In this document: positions 35,586 to 49,461 of the stretch, piece after piece | How positions within the stretch are numbered: position 1 is the first letter of the stretch | How the letters are laid out: every line of letters starts with the position of its first letter | From: Mobula hypostoma | Taxonomy: Eukaryota | Reading direction: 5' to 3' | Assembly (NCBI RefSeq): GCF_963921235.1 | Contig: NC_086106.1 | Coordinates: 25,482,001-25,546,000 of the forward strand | DNA length: 64,000 bases | Made by a program: the position numbers and the translations under genes | The notes under the pieces: generated by a model | Seen by the model: only the letters and a program-made list of their open reading frames with translations | Told to the model about the DNA's origin: nothing | Database searches by the model: none

Positions 35586-35698
35586 CCCTGCTGAAAGATG
35601 GCAGATAAAACAAATTGAGGCTACATGAGGACGAATCAGAATCCGCTTTCTTTGGATTCCCATCTTTGCCTTTTTCCCGACACTATAACTCTCTCTCT

Positions 35699-35735
<37 letters not shown>

Positions 35736-36206
35736 TATCTATTTATCTATCTTTCTCTATTCTGCGCTCTTTCTCCCTGTCTCTCTTTCTCGCTCTCTTG
35801 TTCTCTACCTGCCTTCTTCTCCCTCTCGGTCTCATTCCAAATATTAATTTCTATTTTATTCGATTTACCCACCTCTTTTGTTCGCTCTACCAGCTCACTC
35901 TCGCTTACATTGGCATTCTGACCTGCTCTCTCCCTCTTACACCATGTGACACCATGCGAAGCAGCGTATTACTGATTCATTAGCAAAATTTTGACTTGCC
36001 TCTGCTTCTAAAATCATCAGTCTTTTAAGATATTGACGAATTCCTTTCAATCTTTCAGCATTCCGCTGGATATTCCTTGTCAATAGCACACCAAATATTT
36101 ATTGCCGTGGACCAGCTGGGGTTGGATGCTGAGGAGATACCGAAGGCACCCGTTAGAGCAAGCAAACACTGCGAACACTGAGGTGTCCGGATCCTGTATC
36201 GCTGTG

Positions 36207-36600
36207 GGAATTTGAGTGTTGATCTGCGTACGCTATTCAGTGGTGTCCGGCAGAACGCTCCCGTAAATATTTAAGCCTTTTTTTTTTGCCCAGAGAGCAG
36301 AAGAAACTGAACGGACTGTCCTCGCGTAGACCCAAAATCTCCAATCATGAATATTTTCATCGGTTTTCCAGAATATTCAACGCCCAACATATAGCCTCTG
36401 CCAGACTCCAACCAACTGGAACTCAGTGACATGGTCTGCACTTTCAAGTCCATTTAATCCCTCCTATTGGGGTCAGAAAATCTGCCCCACTCGTCCCTGT
36501 AAGAAGCCCCGAATGTGTGAGGTGGCATTCTGACCGATTAGACAGATTCAACAGCCAAAGTAGTCGATACAGAGAAATTCCAGGAGGTGGTTGTAGCGGG
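36207..36600 (-). pseudogene. Family C V relic, copy 2
   Basis: DLKVQTMSLSSS..VEYSGKPMKI. Heptamer relic CACAGCG at 36200-36206. Confidence 0.55.
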
Positions 36601-36869
36601 AACATAGCACAATGAATAATGTAAACAGAGGTTGATTTGAAGGTATTACTCCAATAAAAGAGAAGTAATTCAAGTAAAGATAAGCAGAGAGTTTCCGGGA
36701 GAATCGGTGCTACCGTTTCGAAGCATATGCGAATTTTATTACTAAATTAGGGCACTATAGCAATCCTTAGACTGCACTGGAGTAAATCGAACACCCCCCT
36801 CAACTCCTCTCCATGAATTATGCCTCTGCCTCTCTCCGTCGTGCTCCTGTGCGTCTCTGTTACTGTCAC

Positions 36870-37240
36870 TTTACAGAGGGAGTTAAAGTGCTGTTACACA
36901 TTATTACACATCGGGTGATTACGCATGGGTTTGAGTACAGAGTACAGAGAGGAAATTAAGAACCTGGTGGCATGGTGCGAAGACACTAACCTATCCCTCA
37001 ACGTCAGCAAGACGAAGGAATTGATTGTTGACTTCAGAACGCCCAATTTGCATCGGTGGTGCGAAAGTGGAACAGGTGAAAAGCTCTTTCTTCCTCGGGG
37101 TCAATATCACAAATGACCTGACTTGGTCCAACCAAGCAGAGAGCAATGCCAAGAAGGCTCACCAGCGCTTTAGTTCCCGAGAAAGCTAAGGAAATTTGGT
37201 CTGTCCCCTGAAACCCTCACTAATGTTATAGATGCACCTC
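36870..37240 (+). mobile_element. Rex/Babar-type LINE RT fragment
   Basis: YREEIKNLVAWCEDTNLSLNVSKTKELIVDFR. Confidence 0.75.
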
Positions 37241-37253
37241 AGAAAGCACTCTC

Positions 37254-37665
37254 AATGTCAGTCTTACACAGATGCCAGAATTCAACGTAAGAGCTTGGGG
37301 GCTATGCAATTGAGCCGTCAGCTGCCTATATGAAAAGTAGTGATAAATCTCATTGGGCAATCTGGATGTCGCTCCATTACTGCTGTGCTGGAATTTGCTT
37401 CAGCAAATTATGTGGAGTTTTTTCCACAATGTTGAATTTACCAAAATCTATCTGCATCAGCGTAACTGTAATTACATTTGAGTCTATCCTCTCTCAGCCG
37501 ATCAGTCGGTAGGATCTGGTGTCACTGAATCTTTCCTACTCGTTTCTGCAATAAAGGACAGAGTGCATCAACATAGCTGGCTTGTATTGAAAGCCGGGCA
37601 AATTCGCTTGTCACCTTCGCAGGCTCCCCAGGCAAAACAGCCAACGCAATCAGTCCAAAACAGAG
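37254..37665 (-). pseudogene. Family D V relic; RSS replaced by LINE, leader truncated
   Basis: TSRKDSVTPDP..CNYSYADAD..HPDCP..NSGICV with stops. Donor GT>GG. An (ATTAG)n insertion cuts the leader. Confidence 0.75.
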
Positions 37666-37780
37666 GTTAGATTAGATGATTAGATTAGATTAGATTAGAT
37701 TAGAGTCAACTTCATTGCCATTGTGCCGAGTACAAATACAAAGCACACCACCCCACCCATCTCTCTCAATCTCTCTTTCC

Positions 37781-37913
37781 NNNNNNNNNNNNNNNNNNNN
37801 NNNNNNNNNNNNNNNNNNNNNNNNNNNNNNNNNNNNNNNNNNNNNNNNNNNNNNNNNNNNNNNNNNNNNNNNNNNNNNNNNNNNNNNNNNNNNNNNNNNN
37901 NNNNNNNNNNNNN
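37781..37913. other. N-run (assembly gap); others at 54572-54703 and 63703-63869
   Basis: Each is flanked by CT-rich sequence. Confidence 0.95.
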
Positions 37914-37919
37914 AGAATA

Positions 37920-39720
37920 CCACCGATTCCCAGTTGGGGATATCGGTATGAAAAGAATACTTCATACTGACTGAAACACCGAAATAGTGACTGTTGATTC
38001 CCCTCTCGCTTTTGAACGAGCCATATCAGTCTCTCATGTATTAGGAAGAGTGAGAGAGAATGCCTGTGTAACGATGAAATGTTGCAGTAAACAGCTAGCT
38101 TTTGTTGTACGGTAGACCAAGTCCCTCTTTGAGTTTGTAGTTGTTTCGATGGCGGTTGGTGGTGGAACTGCTGATGCTATAAGTGAGAGATGCAGAAGCT
38201 GGTCAGGTTAATGCTGCTTGCCACTGATTGTGCGAGGGATGTGACAGGGAACTTTTAGATTTTTATCTTTTTTTTGATATTGTTTTTATTCTGTTTTAAG
38301 GACGTCTGTGGAGACTGTAAATTTCAGGTTGTGCATTTTGTACCTCTCTGACTTTAGCGGGACCATTGAAACAAGCTGGGCATTCATTTCGCTGTACCCT
38401 GATACGTCTGACAACAACACATATATAATAAATATAAACCATTTTGATGTAACTGTGAGCGTCTGCAAAGTGAAGGAATATATCAGGCTCTCCTTCATTA
38501 GTGCATTCAACATGGGTTGAGCCGGAAAGTGGCTGTGGTGGTGGACTGCAGAGTGCCTATCATGACATCCTGGCGACATCTGGTGTCATCTCCCAGGGAT
38601 TTGGTTCGATTCTGACCTTCCGATGCTGTCAGCGGATCCTTCCGTGCTCAGCTTCCACAATTCCCGAGTTGTTATGTTTACCACTGCCCGAAAAGGACGC
38701 TCTGGGTAGCACGTGCTCGTGATCGGAGGATCAGTGAATGCACATGTGAAGAGGAATTTGCGAAATTGTACAGATAAATCAGTTGACAATAAGACCATTA
38801 GATATAGAAACTGAAGTAGGCCATTTGGCTTGTCGAATCACCTCCGCCATTTCAGAGGAGAAGGTGTCGTGATGGAATTATTCAATACACTATACATACA
38901 ATTAAAATGAAATTTCAAAAAGTCGAAATATACCTTTGGAAACAGATGCTATCAGTTTGTGCTCCTTCGACAGTAACCGGACGTTTTCACTGTCTATCTC
39001 TTCCATCGGTGAGAAAACACAAAGTTCTCAAAGGAAGATCCCATGAAACGACAATAGACTATTCCCACTTGCAAGAGTACTAAACTGTAGGGTGAAATTG
39101 AATCTTAATCTCGGTATGACCACGCTGTTTATTTCCTGCCTGCGCTGGATTTTATACGTCTGTTGCGTTTTATTTTTGTACTATTTTATTCTTTTACTTT
39201 GTACTATCTCGATAAGATGTGTAGTGAATGCATCTGTACAAACAGAATCAATGCAATAATGCGACAATAATAAACAAATTCCGTTTTCAATTTAGATATG
39301 TAGCAAAATGCTACACGTGGTGATAACATCGGATCCGTTAAATCGGATTGGGAAACCAGATTATACAAGCAATCAATCTGTTGTGATCCCATTCCCTCTC
39401 TCTTCCTTCGCTCTCTTTTATACTGAAAATGCCTTCAGAAATATGAATCTCGGTGTACTACGCTGAACGTATATGTTCTTTAATCATAAATTTAATTCAA
39501 ACGTTGAACATTTTTCTGACAGCTTGGAAATGCAATGCCCAAAATATTATCTGCATTCTCCAACGCGCTAAGCATTCGCAGGTTCCGCCGAATTATCTAA
39601 ATACTCAGTATAAATAATATGTAGCTGCTGGAACATCCTGAATTTCAGTAGCAAGCCACTTGCAGTTATTTGTCAAATTGAAAACGACCAATTTTTACAC
39701 CCTCTGTTTTCCTTTAGTCA
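37920..39720 (+). repeat. Tandem-unit flank duplicated at 45420-47224
   Basis: Collinear similarity ending CCTTTAGTC. Unit period is about 7.5 kb. Confidence 0.75.
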
Positions 39721-40006
39721 GCCGTTGTGCCATTTAAATATATCCCGGTTCCACTGCGTCCTCATTATTTCACACTGCAGATACTTGAACAAAGTAGCCA
39801 AAGACGATGTCAGACAAGGCTGTCAATCGTGATATGCCGTTGCAGCAAAAGATGGTGGGTGATTGCACATTGCGGTATCCCAGAAAGTTATAAAGCTGAG
39901 TTTGTGTCCGCGTTGTAATCAGGAACTGCACCTTCAGCTTCGGCGCCTTCTGCTGCTGAATGCAGTGGTCTGAAGTAGGGCACGTGACTGTGACTGATTT
40001 CCGGGC

Positions 40007-40048
40007 GCGCCCTCTGCAGATTCCTCGGAAAAAGGCGCCCTCCACTGA
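40007..40048 (-). promoter_or_regulatory. Tandem pair of CTCF-like motifs beyond the RSS
   Basis: TCAGTGGAGGGCGCC (40034-40048, 24 bp from the nonamer) and TCTGCAGAGGGCGC (40007-40020). Confidence 0.6.
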
Positions 40049-40072
40049 GAGCTTTTTGCAATATACAGATTC

Positions 40073-40111
40073 AGTTTTTGCACGGACCTGCCGTCCCCAT
40101 ATAACAGTGTG
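40073..40111 (-). other. 23-RSS with variant heptamer
   Basis: CACACTG + 23 nt + GCAAAAACT. Confidence 0.9.
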
Positions 40112-40534
40112 GTACTCACTGCACAGAGATACATGGCAGAGTCCGACACAAGAGCTTCACGGATATTCAACTGAGACGTCTTGCTGCCTTTCTGTGAAGT
40201 ACCGGTAATCCTCTCTGAATACTGCTGCGTTCCTCCTGTGCTATATAACTTCAGCAAATAATTTGGAGGTCCTCCACTTTTTTGAATGTACCAAAACATA
40301 TCTGTATTAGCGTAGGTGTAACTGCAGTTCATTGTTACGTCCTGTCCTTCCTCAGCCGTTACATCGGGAGGATCCTGCGTCACTGAATATTGCCCACTCG
40401 TTCCTGCAAGAAAGGACAGAATATATCAACAACGCTGGCTTGTATTGAATGCCGGGCAAACTCGCTAGCCAGCTTCGCTGAGACTCACCAGGCAGCACAG
40501 CCAATGCAATCAGCAATGAACAGAGGGAAATCAT
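40112..40534 (-). CDS. TRAV/TRDV: Intact TCR alpha/delta-type V gene, family D (leader 40489-40534, V exon 40112-40403)
   Basis: MISLCSLLIALAVLP-G|TSGQYSVTQDPPDVTAEEGQDVTMNCSYTYANTDMFWYIQKSGGPPNYLL..DSAMYLCAVS. All hallmarks present. Confidence 0.93.
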
Positions 40535-41553
40535 GTTGTCTAGTTTCTGGCTGAACCGAACGGCAGATTCCTTCCAGGGCGTTATTATCACAACAGATAT
40601 TGTGGTTGGAGATATTTTCAGCGATACCTTTCACCTTGTGTAAAACCGGAGGTGTTGCTCTGGTTAAAAGATTGGCTGACAGAAAGAAACGAGCCTTCCT
40701 GAGCACCAATCAGAAGCTGCTTTGTATCCATACGTCATTCTGCCTGTTTCTCCGCTCTTACAATGTCCGCATTATTGCATTTATTTTGCTGTTTGGTTAT
40801 TTGAAGATACATCCTACAGTAGGCACTTAAATCAGATGTTTCAATCTTCCTGCATTGAAATACTTATTCAAAGATCATCAAGAGTTCATATAGATATTTC
40901 CAAATCTTTGTTTTTTGCTAGGGTGCCAATTCCTTATCTACACCAATAGACTCCTGACAGCACTTTTTGTGTACCCAGCACTTCCTTTCTAAAACAAAAA
41001 AAAAACTCACATCTGGCATTTTCCTTGTAATTTCTTCTATATGCCTCAAGATATCATCCTCTCGTATGAGCCATTTGCACCCTTAGGTGAAAGAGCTAGT
41101 TGTCCACTTTATTATGCCCCTTATCATTTCATACACAGCTATAAGTGACCCCTTACATTCCGTCGTTCCAAAAAGAAAGGTCCTTACTCCCAAAAACTGA
41201 AATGTCCCGTGGAATATAAATGCACTTGCGGATATGTAACTGAATTTCAACATTACGATTCGTTCTTCTTTAATCGTAGATGAAGAGAGATAAATCATTC
41301 CCAGACGATTCTGCAAAAGAGGGACAAAATGACTGAACATTCAATCCCCCCATTAACATGAGAGACACCAGCTCACTATTTGTGCAAATATACGCCGGGC
41401 AGCATGACCTACATTATCGGTAAGGGTCTGGAAGCACATAGAGTCTGCTTTCAGGCGAGATCTAAGCCTGATTACATTCAACAAGCTGATACCACAGACT
41501 GGCGAAAATTATGTCAGATACGCTACACCCTTCACTTTGTGAGAAACCTCCGT

Positions 41554-42708
41554 TGTTGCAAGAGGGCGTTTAAGGATACCGACCCCAAAGCAAGACACAG
41601 ACACCGAAATACGAGGAACTGGACTAAGATTATCAAGAATGCAAGCGAAGTCGGGAAGCAGGGATTGTTCAGAGGATAATCCAGGAAAGAGCAAAGCGTA
41701 AGCGGGAATAAGCGTAGCTGGACACGGACACAGGCCCTGGACTAGACTAAGACTCAGGGCCTGGGATAGGACTTGGACTAGGAGCACAGGACCCGGCCGT
41801 GGAACTTGGAACAAGGAGCCTGGACTAGGAACTCGGAACTCCGGAACCAGAATCTTTACAGGGAAGCTGGGTCTTATCTCGGTACTGGAACGCGGGCCTA
41901 GGCTAATACTCGGGGCTATGATCTTGGCTAGGACTCGGAAGGAGGACTTGGATCGGACTTGAAATTCGTTTGGGACTTGGATCAGAATTGACACTCGACT
42001 GGGACCTGGAACACGAATCCTTGACTGGACTGGACTGGAACACGAAGCCTTGACTTGGACTAGACTGTAACACGAAACACAGAGCCGGGACCCCTCATTG
42101 GATACCGGATATTGGGCCGGGACTCATGTTAGACACGGAACACCGAGCCACGAGCCCTCCTTGGGTAAAAGACATAGGGCCGGGACTCTTCTTATGCACA
42201 GAACACTGAACACTGAACACTGAACACTGAACACGAAGAGACAGATCTCAACTCAAGCTATTGGCAAACAGCAAACCCTACCTAGCAAAGGCGAGGATAC
42301 GAAGAGACAAGTCTACGCAACAATAGACTGTTCCTTATATTGACGACACAAGGCTCCAGTCTCACTCCGGCGGGTTAACTTGACGGGGATTCTGACGAAA
42401 TCACAGACGAGGTCGCAGAGAAGGTCGCAGACGAGGTCACTAACGAGGCCACTGACGAAGGTTGCTGACAAAGTTTCAGAGCAGGTTTCAAACGAGGTTA
42501 CAGACGAGGTAACTCACGGGTTTCTGAAGGAAACGGTCCAGCCATTATCACTGGACCCCAGAGCTATTTATGTTGCCAACCCGAGAGGAGAATCAGGTGC
42601 CTCAGTTAAGGCCCCGACGGAACAAGGGAAAAACGAAATAACCGGAGAACCAAAACCACGGACCGGACTCTGAACCGGAATGCCACCTTCACGGAATGGA
42701 CCGTGACA
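41554..42708. mobile_element. Solo LTR-like insertion with internal tandem repeats
   Basis: TG..CA ends and a 5-bp TSD TCCGT on both sides. The empty site is visible in the paralog near 34320. Confidence 0.8.
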
Positions 42709-43027
42709 TCCGTAAATTGCTCTTCTAAATGGGGGCTGAACCAGGGAAGTCAGAACTGAACCTATTTAGCTAGCGATCTGAGTGGAACTGCGACACTCTC
42801 GGTTCCTTAATAATTTACTGTAATTCTAATGTAAGTGCCGACGTCACAACTCTGTCCTTCGTTATACTTTAATGATACTTCATTTCTAGCAATGGATCAC
42901 CGTCCTTCGTCCGTCTTTCGTGACTCTCTTAAATTTTTGTCGCCGTGACACGCTGGGTCTGTCTCTGTAGTCCAATCTAGTCCTTTATTTGTCTACCCCA
43001 TACTCCCGCCGTCCATCCATCTCTCAT

Positions 43028-43103
<76 letters not shown>

Positions 43104-43596
43104 ATTCTCGCTAGCTCTGTGGGTATATACGTTTACAAGCTGCCAGTTCAGTCGGTTTTCCGGTATTCATTGTCAATCTGAAAAAAAAACAATTGTTCTC
43201 CACTTTTAAGAAGCTAATGTTAATAGAGTCCACCTGAAATTTATCTTCATCAGAGGGACTAACATGACAGCTTAGCCGATGCTGTCTAGTCACATGCACC
43301 CTCAGTATCTACAGGTTGCAGTCATCTTCACTGTTCATCGCGCAAGCTCGTCAAAAATTATGTCCGGCCAAATGTTAACCACACAGTATTGTTATAGGCA
43401 ATAGACACGCAATATTGTTATGGACACTGAGATATAGTGAAAAATGTTTCGGAAAAATCCCACTGTAATCCGAGGTAGAGCTGAATTCAAGAAGTGTTCC
43501 TCAATGTTTGGCGCATTTTGCTGCTGAATGCAGCAGTTTAAGTCGACCACGTGATTCTTATGGTTTCTTCGTGCGGCTGTTCCAGTCTCCCAGATA

Positions 43597-43612
43597 TGGC
43601 GCCCTCTAGCGA
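43597..43612 (-). promoter_or_regulatory. Strong CTCF-like motif next to a dead RSS
   Basis: TCGCTAGAGGGCGCCA. Confidence 0.6.
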
Positions 43613-43650
43613 TCACGAATCCGGACCCGCTGTTTCCCTGCAATTTTGTA

Positions 43651-44190
43651 GGGTGCATTTGCACAGTGGTATACGCCAGAGTCTGGAACATGAATTCCAA
43701 ATATATATAAATGAGCTGACTCTGCCTCTGTGTATATCAGCTGAAAATCTCGCCGAATATTCTGGAGGTTGCACCAGTGTTCCTGAGCCATATACCTTCG
43801 GCATTTACTGTTCGAGATATTCCGCGTTGCAGAGTGTATCAAAAATATTTGCATTCGTTCTTGTGTAATTTCAGTTTTAGTGTTATGAGCTGACTTTCGT
43901 CAGCCGTTAATTTGGTAGCATGCTAGATCACTGAACCTTTCTCTCTCGTTCCTGCATTAAAGGACAAAATGCACTAATATCCCTGACTTGCACTGAACTC
44001 ACGTGGCGCTCTCTGGTCATATGTGCAGAGTCCTGCCTGTCAGGATGACGAATGTAATGAGTACGAAACAACTGCCGCCCAATTTCTGACTTCCGCCTCG
44101 ATAGGACGGCAGGTAACTTCCAAGAAATTATCGCTATGGCAGATGTTAGGGAGTGAAATCATATGAAAAATAAATATCACAGAGCCCTGC
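43651..44190 (-). pseudogene. Family B V pseudogene, copy 2
   Basis: Exon 43651-43951 ends AHLYIFGIHVPDSGVYHCAN. Spacer intact (43621-43643), heptamer and nonamer destroyed. Confidence 0.8.
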
Positions 44191-44845
44191 TCAACGATTG
44201 GTAGATAAAACGCAGCCGAGGCTCTATGAACACGAAAAAGAATCGGATTTCGTTGATTTCCGCCCTCTGCCTTTTTCCCCCACACTATAAATCTGTTTCC
44301 GCATCTTTCTCTCTCATTTTCCTTTCTCTCTCTCCGCTCCCTATCTCTCTCCATCTATCTATTTATCTCTTTCTCTCTTTCTCGCTCTTTCTCTCTGTCT
44401 CGCTTTCTCACTCTCTTGCTCTGTCCCCACATTCTTCTCTCTCTCTTTCTCACTCCGGGTATTGATTTCTATTTTACTATTTATCTACACGTTTGAACGC
44501 TCTAACAACTCACTCTCGCTTTCTTTGCGATTCCGCAACTTCTCTATCCTTTTTCACACGTTGTCACTCCATGCTAACCAGCGTATCCGCGACGATTCCT
44601 CCGAGTCATCCGCAAAGTTATGACTTTTGCTGCTGCTGTTATCTAACTTATTATTAGCCTTTTTAAGTTATTGTCGGAATACCTTTCAATCTTCCAGAAC
44701 CCCGTTGGATAATTCTTGTCAATAGAACATAAAATATGTAATCCCATGGACGAACTGGGATTAAATGTTTAACGAACATGGAAGACTCCGGCAAGAGCAG
44801 GCAAACATTGTGAACATTGGGGTGTCCACATCCTGTATCCCTGTG

Positions 44846-45256
44846 GAATGCTGGTGCTGAACTGCGCAAAGCTATTCAGTAGATTCCGGCACGATTCCCT
44901 GGAACTTATTTAAGCGGAACATCTTTGCCCAGAGACCCGAAATATTACTGGACTGTCTTCGTGTAGAACAATATCTCCTGTCATGAATATTTTCAACGGT
45001 TTTCCAGAATATTGAACGCACAACAAACAGGTTCTGCTAGATTCCAAGTGACTGAAGCTCAGTGACACGGTTTGCCCTTCCATGGTCATTAAATCTCTGT
45101 TTATGAGGTTCACAAATCTGCATCACTCGTCCCTGTATCAAACCCCGAAGGTGTGAGGGGCCCGTGAACACAGTGACCTTGGAGGGCACGGTCTGACAGC
45201 TTCGCCAGATTCACCAAACAGAGTAGTAAGTACAAAGAACATCGCAGTGGGAACAT
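44846..45256 (-). pseudogene. Family C V relic, copy 3
   Basis: Leader 45215-45256, then RDLMTMEGQTVSLSFS..VQYSGKPLKI..E*LCAV. Heptamer relic CACAGGG. Confidence 0.6.
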
Positions 45257-47224
45257 GGTAATTTGAATAAAACAAACAGAGGAAGATTTGAAGATTATAC
45301 TCCGATAAAGCAGAAGTTACTCAATTAAGTTCAAGAGACTTTCCGGGAGACTCGGCGCCTTCGTTTCGATGTATACTCGTGTACCCTCTCTCTTCCTATG
45401 TTCCGATGGGAGAATTTACTGCCGATTGCCTGTCCGTGATATTGGAATTAAAAGAATGCTTGACTGTAACATCGAAACAACGACTGCTGTCTCCTCTCCC
45501 GCTTTCGAGCAAACCATATAAGAATCTCCCTTGTTAGCGTGAGAGAGAGAATGCCTGTGGGTCGACGGAATGTTGCAGTAAACAGCTATTTTTTCCTGTA
45601 CTGCAGGCCAAGCCTCTCCTTGTACCTTTACGGTGACTTCGATGGTGGTTGGTGGTGGAAATGTTGATGCTTTATATTACAATGAGTAAGTGAAGTAGAA
45701 GCTGGTTAGATTAATGCTGCTTGCCGCTGATTTTGCGAGAGATGTAGCAGTGGGCGTTCAGGTTCTTACCTTTTTTTTTCTGACATTGAAGCTTTGGGTT
45801 TTTGTTCTGTATTAAGGATATCTGTGGAGACAATATATTCAGGTTATGTATTGTGTCCATTCACTGATTTTAAACGTAACTGTTTAAGCATGCTGGGCAT
45901 TCTTTTCGCAGTACTCTGTTATATCGGACAACAGCAAATTATATAATAAACGTAAACCAGTTTGGGGTAACTGTTAGCGTCTGCAAAGTGACGGAATACA
46001 TCAGGCTGTCTTTCATTAGTTCACAAAATATCGGTTGAGCGGGGAAGTGGTGGTAGTTGTGTACTGCAGAGCGCCTATCGTGGCACCCTGGCGATATCTG
46101 GTGTTATTTCACCATGGATCCGATTGGATTCCGACAATTTCAATGCTGTCAGCAAATACTTCTGTGCTCAGTTTCCGCTTTTTGCGTGTTACCAAGTGTT
46201 ACACTGCCCGCAAAAGACGTTCTGGGTAGCATGTGCCCGTGATCGGAGGATCACTCAGTGTGGACGTTATGAGGAATGTGCGATAATTGGGCTGATAAAT
46301 CAGTTGACCATAAGACCATAAGAATCGAGGAACCGGATTAGGCCACTTGATCTATCGAGTCTGCTCCACCATTATCAGAAGAGACAGTGTAGTAATGGAA
46401 TTCTTCGACACAGTAAACATGTAATTAAAATAATAGCTTCAAAACATCGAAATATACCTTTGGAAACAGAAGCTATCACTTTGTGCTCCCTCGGTAGTAA
46501 TGTGACGTTCCCTCTCTTTGTCTCTTCGATCGTGAGGTGATTAAAAGTTCTTAAAGCAGCAATACATTATTTCCTCTCCAAGAGTACTGAACGGTAGGAT
46601 GAATTTGAATCTCAATCTTATCCACCCCGGTATGACCTTGCTCTTTAATACCTTCCTGCGCTGCATTTTTATATGGCTCTTACAATTCATTTTTGCATTA
46701 TTTTATTGTTTAACTTTGCACTACCTCCATCAGGGGTGTTTTGAATTCATCTGTAAAAACCGAATCAAGGCAATCATGTGACAATAATAAACAAATTCCT
46801 ATCCAATTTACATATGTAGCAAACTTCACCTGGAAATAAAATTATATCAGTTAAATCCGGTTGGGAACATAGGTTATTCAAGCAATCACCCCGTTGTGAT
46901 CCCATTCCCTCTCTTCTCCCTTGCTCTCTTTTACACTGAAAATGCCTTCAAAAATATGAATCTCGGAGTAGTATTCGATCGCGTATATGTAGTTTAATCA
47001 TAAATTCACTTTAAGTATTGAACTCCTTTCTCACAGCGACGACCAAAATGGTATCTGCATTCTCTATAACGCTAAGCATCCGCAGGTTGTGTCTCATTAT
47101 CCAGATTCTCAAAATAAACAATAAGTAGTTTTTCCAAACATCCTGACTTTCATTAGCGTGCCACTTGCAATTCTTCATCAATCGGAAAACCACAAATTTT
47201 CTCACCATCTGGTGTCCTTTAGTC

Positions 47225-49461
47225 CAATGGTCCCCAATCACCGGGCCGTGGACCGATACCGGGCCGCAAAGCATGTGCTAACGGCCCGCGGGAAAACGAT
47301 ATGATTTGGCGATATGAAACCATATGAGTCAGCTGCACCTTTCCTCATTCCCTGTCACGCCCACTGTTGAACTTGAATGCACGCGAGTTCATTACTCACG
47401 CGAGGACACCAGTTGGTCAATCACCTGCAAGTACTCAATGAGTAAAAAAGCAAACGTCGCTTGAGAGTTTCTTTGAAATAGATGGTAGCAGATATAAAAA
47501 GGCCTAACGATGACGGTAACGCAGAGACAGCTGAGGCCGAGACTGCAAAAAAAAAATAACAGAAAGCTTCCTTCAACAGAAAATGGTGACTGGCACGTTC
47601 CAAGCCCCCTGTGTGTGATTTGTGGCGACAAGCTGTCTAATCAAACAATGAAGTCCTCAAAACTGCTTCGTAACCTTGAGTCCTAGCACCCTGCATTTAA
47701 AGACAAACCCGTTGAGTTTTTTGAGCGGGAGAAACGTGATCAAGCGGAACAGAGGCAAGTGCTGAGAACCACCACATTCACAAATGCTGCTGCTCTGAGA
47801 GCGTCGTACTTAGCGGCTAACCGTATTGCTGAAGCTAAGAAGCCTTTCGCTGTTGCTGACGATTTGATACTGCCTGCTGCCAAACACATATGCTGCGAAC
47901 TGTTGGGAGACCCTGCAGCTAACAAGATGGCACAGGATTCTCTTGCAGCTACCACAAAATCAAGGAGCATCGATGACATAGCGCAGGACATCGAAGCAAA
48001 GCTGTTGGAACGGCTTAACTAGTCTGCTTTCACTAACCGAGTCAAAGAGGTTGCTCCTGAATGCCAGTCTACACACTGTGTCACACACGGGGAAATCGTG
48101 ATTAGCCGAACAATGTCAGCTGACCGTAACAGCGTATTGACTGACGTTGTTGAAGTTAACAATCACATCAAAGCAAAAGCCCTGACCTCACGTCTTTTTG
48201 AACAGCTTTGTGAGGAAATGGATACAGGACACAAACGCCTTTTCATAACACTGAAGTCAGGTGGCTCTCAAGGGGGAGAGCCCCGGCCAGGGTTTTCGAG
48301 ATAAGAGGGCGGATACTGCGATTTCTTTCGAGAAAAAAGTCACCACTGGCAGCACACTTCAGTGACGAGGAGTGGACAGCAAAACTCGCTTATCTGTGTG
48401 ACATCTTCAACCTGCTCAATGAACTCAATTTGCCACTTCAGGGGAGAATGAGAACTGTCTTCAAGTTGGCAGCTAAAGTGTCTTGTTTCACAGCTAAACT
48501 AGAACTGTGGGGACGGCGAGTGGACAGGGGCATATTTGACATGTTCCCAACATTAGCAGGGAATCTGGGAGAAACTGAGGCTCACAGCTGCTGCAGGATC
48601 ACCTATCTTCGCTGTCGACAGATTTCGAGCGTTACTTCCCAACAGCAAATGACCCAAGACGTGCAAAGCCGTGACCCATTTGTGAATGTCCCTGGGGAAT
48701 CATCTATGTCAGCTTGAGAAGAAGATCAAATCATCGGCCTTGCAAATGACGGTGGGCTGAATACTATGTTTGATATAACATCCCTTCGGCATTCTTGATC
48801 AAAGTCAAGGCTGAGTATATTGAGATAGCCACGAAAGCACTGAAACGTTGCTTCCATTTCCAACATCATATCTCTGAGAAGCGGATTTTCTGCAATGAAT
48901 GCAAATGAACACTAAATTGCGGAATAGATGGGACACAAGGAATCCCCTTATAATTAACTTATCACTATATTCATGCGAGGAAAATATGCGCTGTGTGTTT
49001 AATATTAAATTCGTTAGATAAACCCTTTTAGAAACGAAATTGAGTGATTAGATTATATTATTAGTTTATGAGGACACGCAGTCCTCTTATATTGTCATTT
49101 AGTAATGCATGCATTAAGAACTGACACAATATTCCTCCGATGTGATATCACAAAACCACAGGACAGACCAAGACTGAAAAAATAAAAAAAAACATAATTA
49201 TAACATATAGTTACAACAGTGCAACAATACCATAACTTGTTGAAGAGCAGTCCATGGCACAATGCGTCGCGCTGCCATCTTCTCCTCCCGCCTGAGCGTA
49301 TTAGCCACTGACAGAGTATTAGATTGAGTCAATTAGCCACTGATAAGGGCCTTAGAGTTGATTTACCACCTGTAATCTGCTCCCCACCCCCGTCGGCCAG
49401 GCCGAAAGAATATTGTCAATGTTAAACCGTTCCGCGGTGCAAAAGAGGTTGGGGACCGTTG
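47225..49461 (+). mobile_element. hAT (Buster/Charlie-like) DNA transposon, defective
   Basis: TIRs CAATGGTCCCCAA and TTGGGGACCGTTG. Transposase remnants PLCVICGDKLSN..KDKPVEFFERE..RASYLAANRIAEAKKPF..LILPAAK. Confidence 0.9.

Noticed and set aside
36160-36205. IQDPDTSVFAV as a TCR-alpha constant exon (IQNPDPAVY-like)
   Set aside because: It is the translated RSS relic of a family C V. No C-domain cysteines or exon structure follow.
43662-43668. Plus-strand CACAGTG as an inverted RSS
   Set aside because: It is the complement of the His-Cys codons, with no nonamer at 12 or 23 nt.
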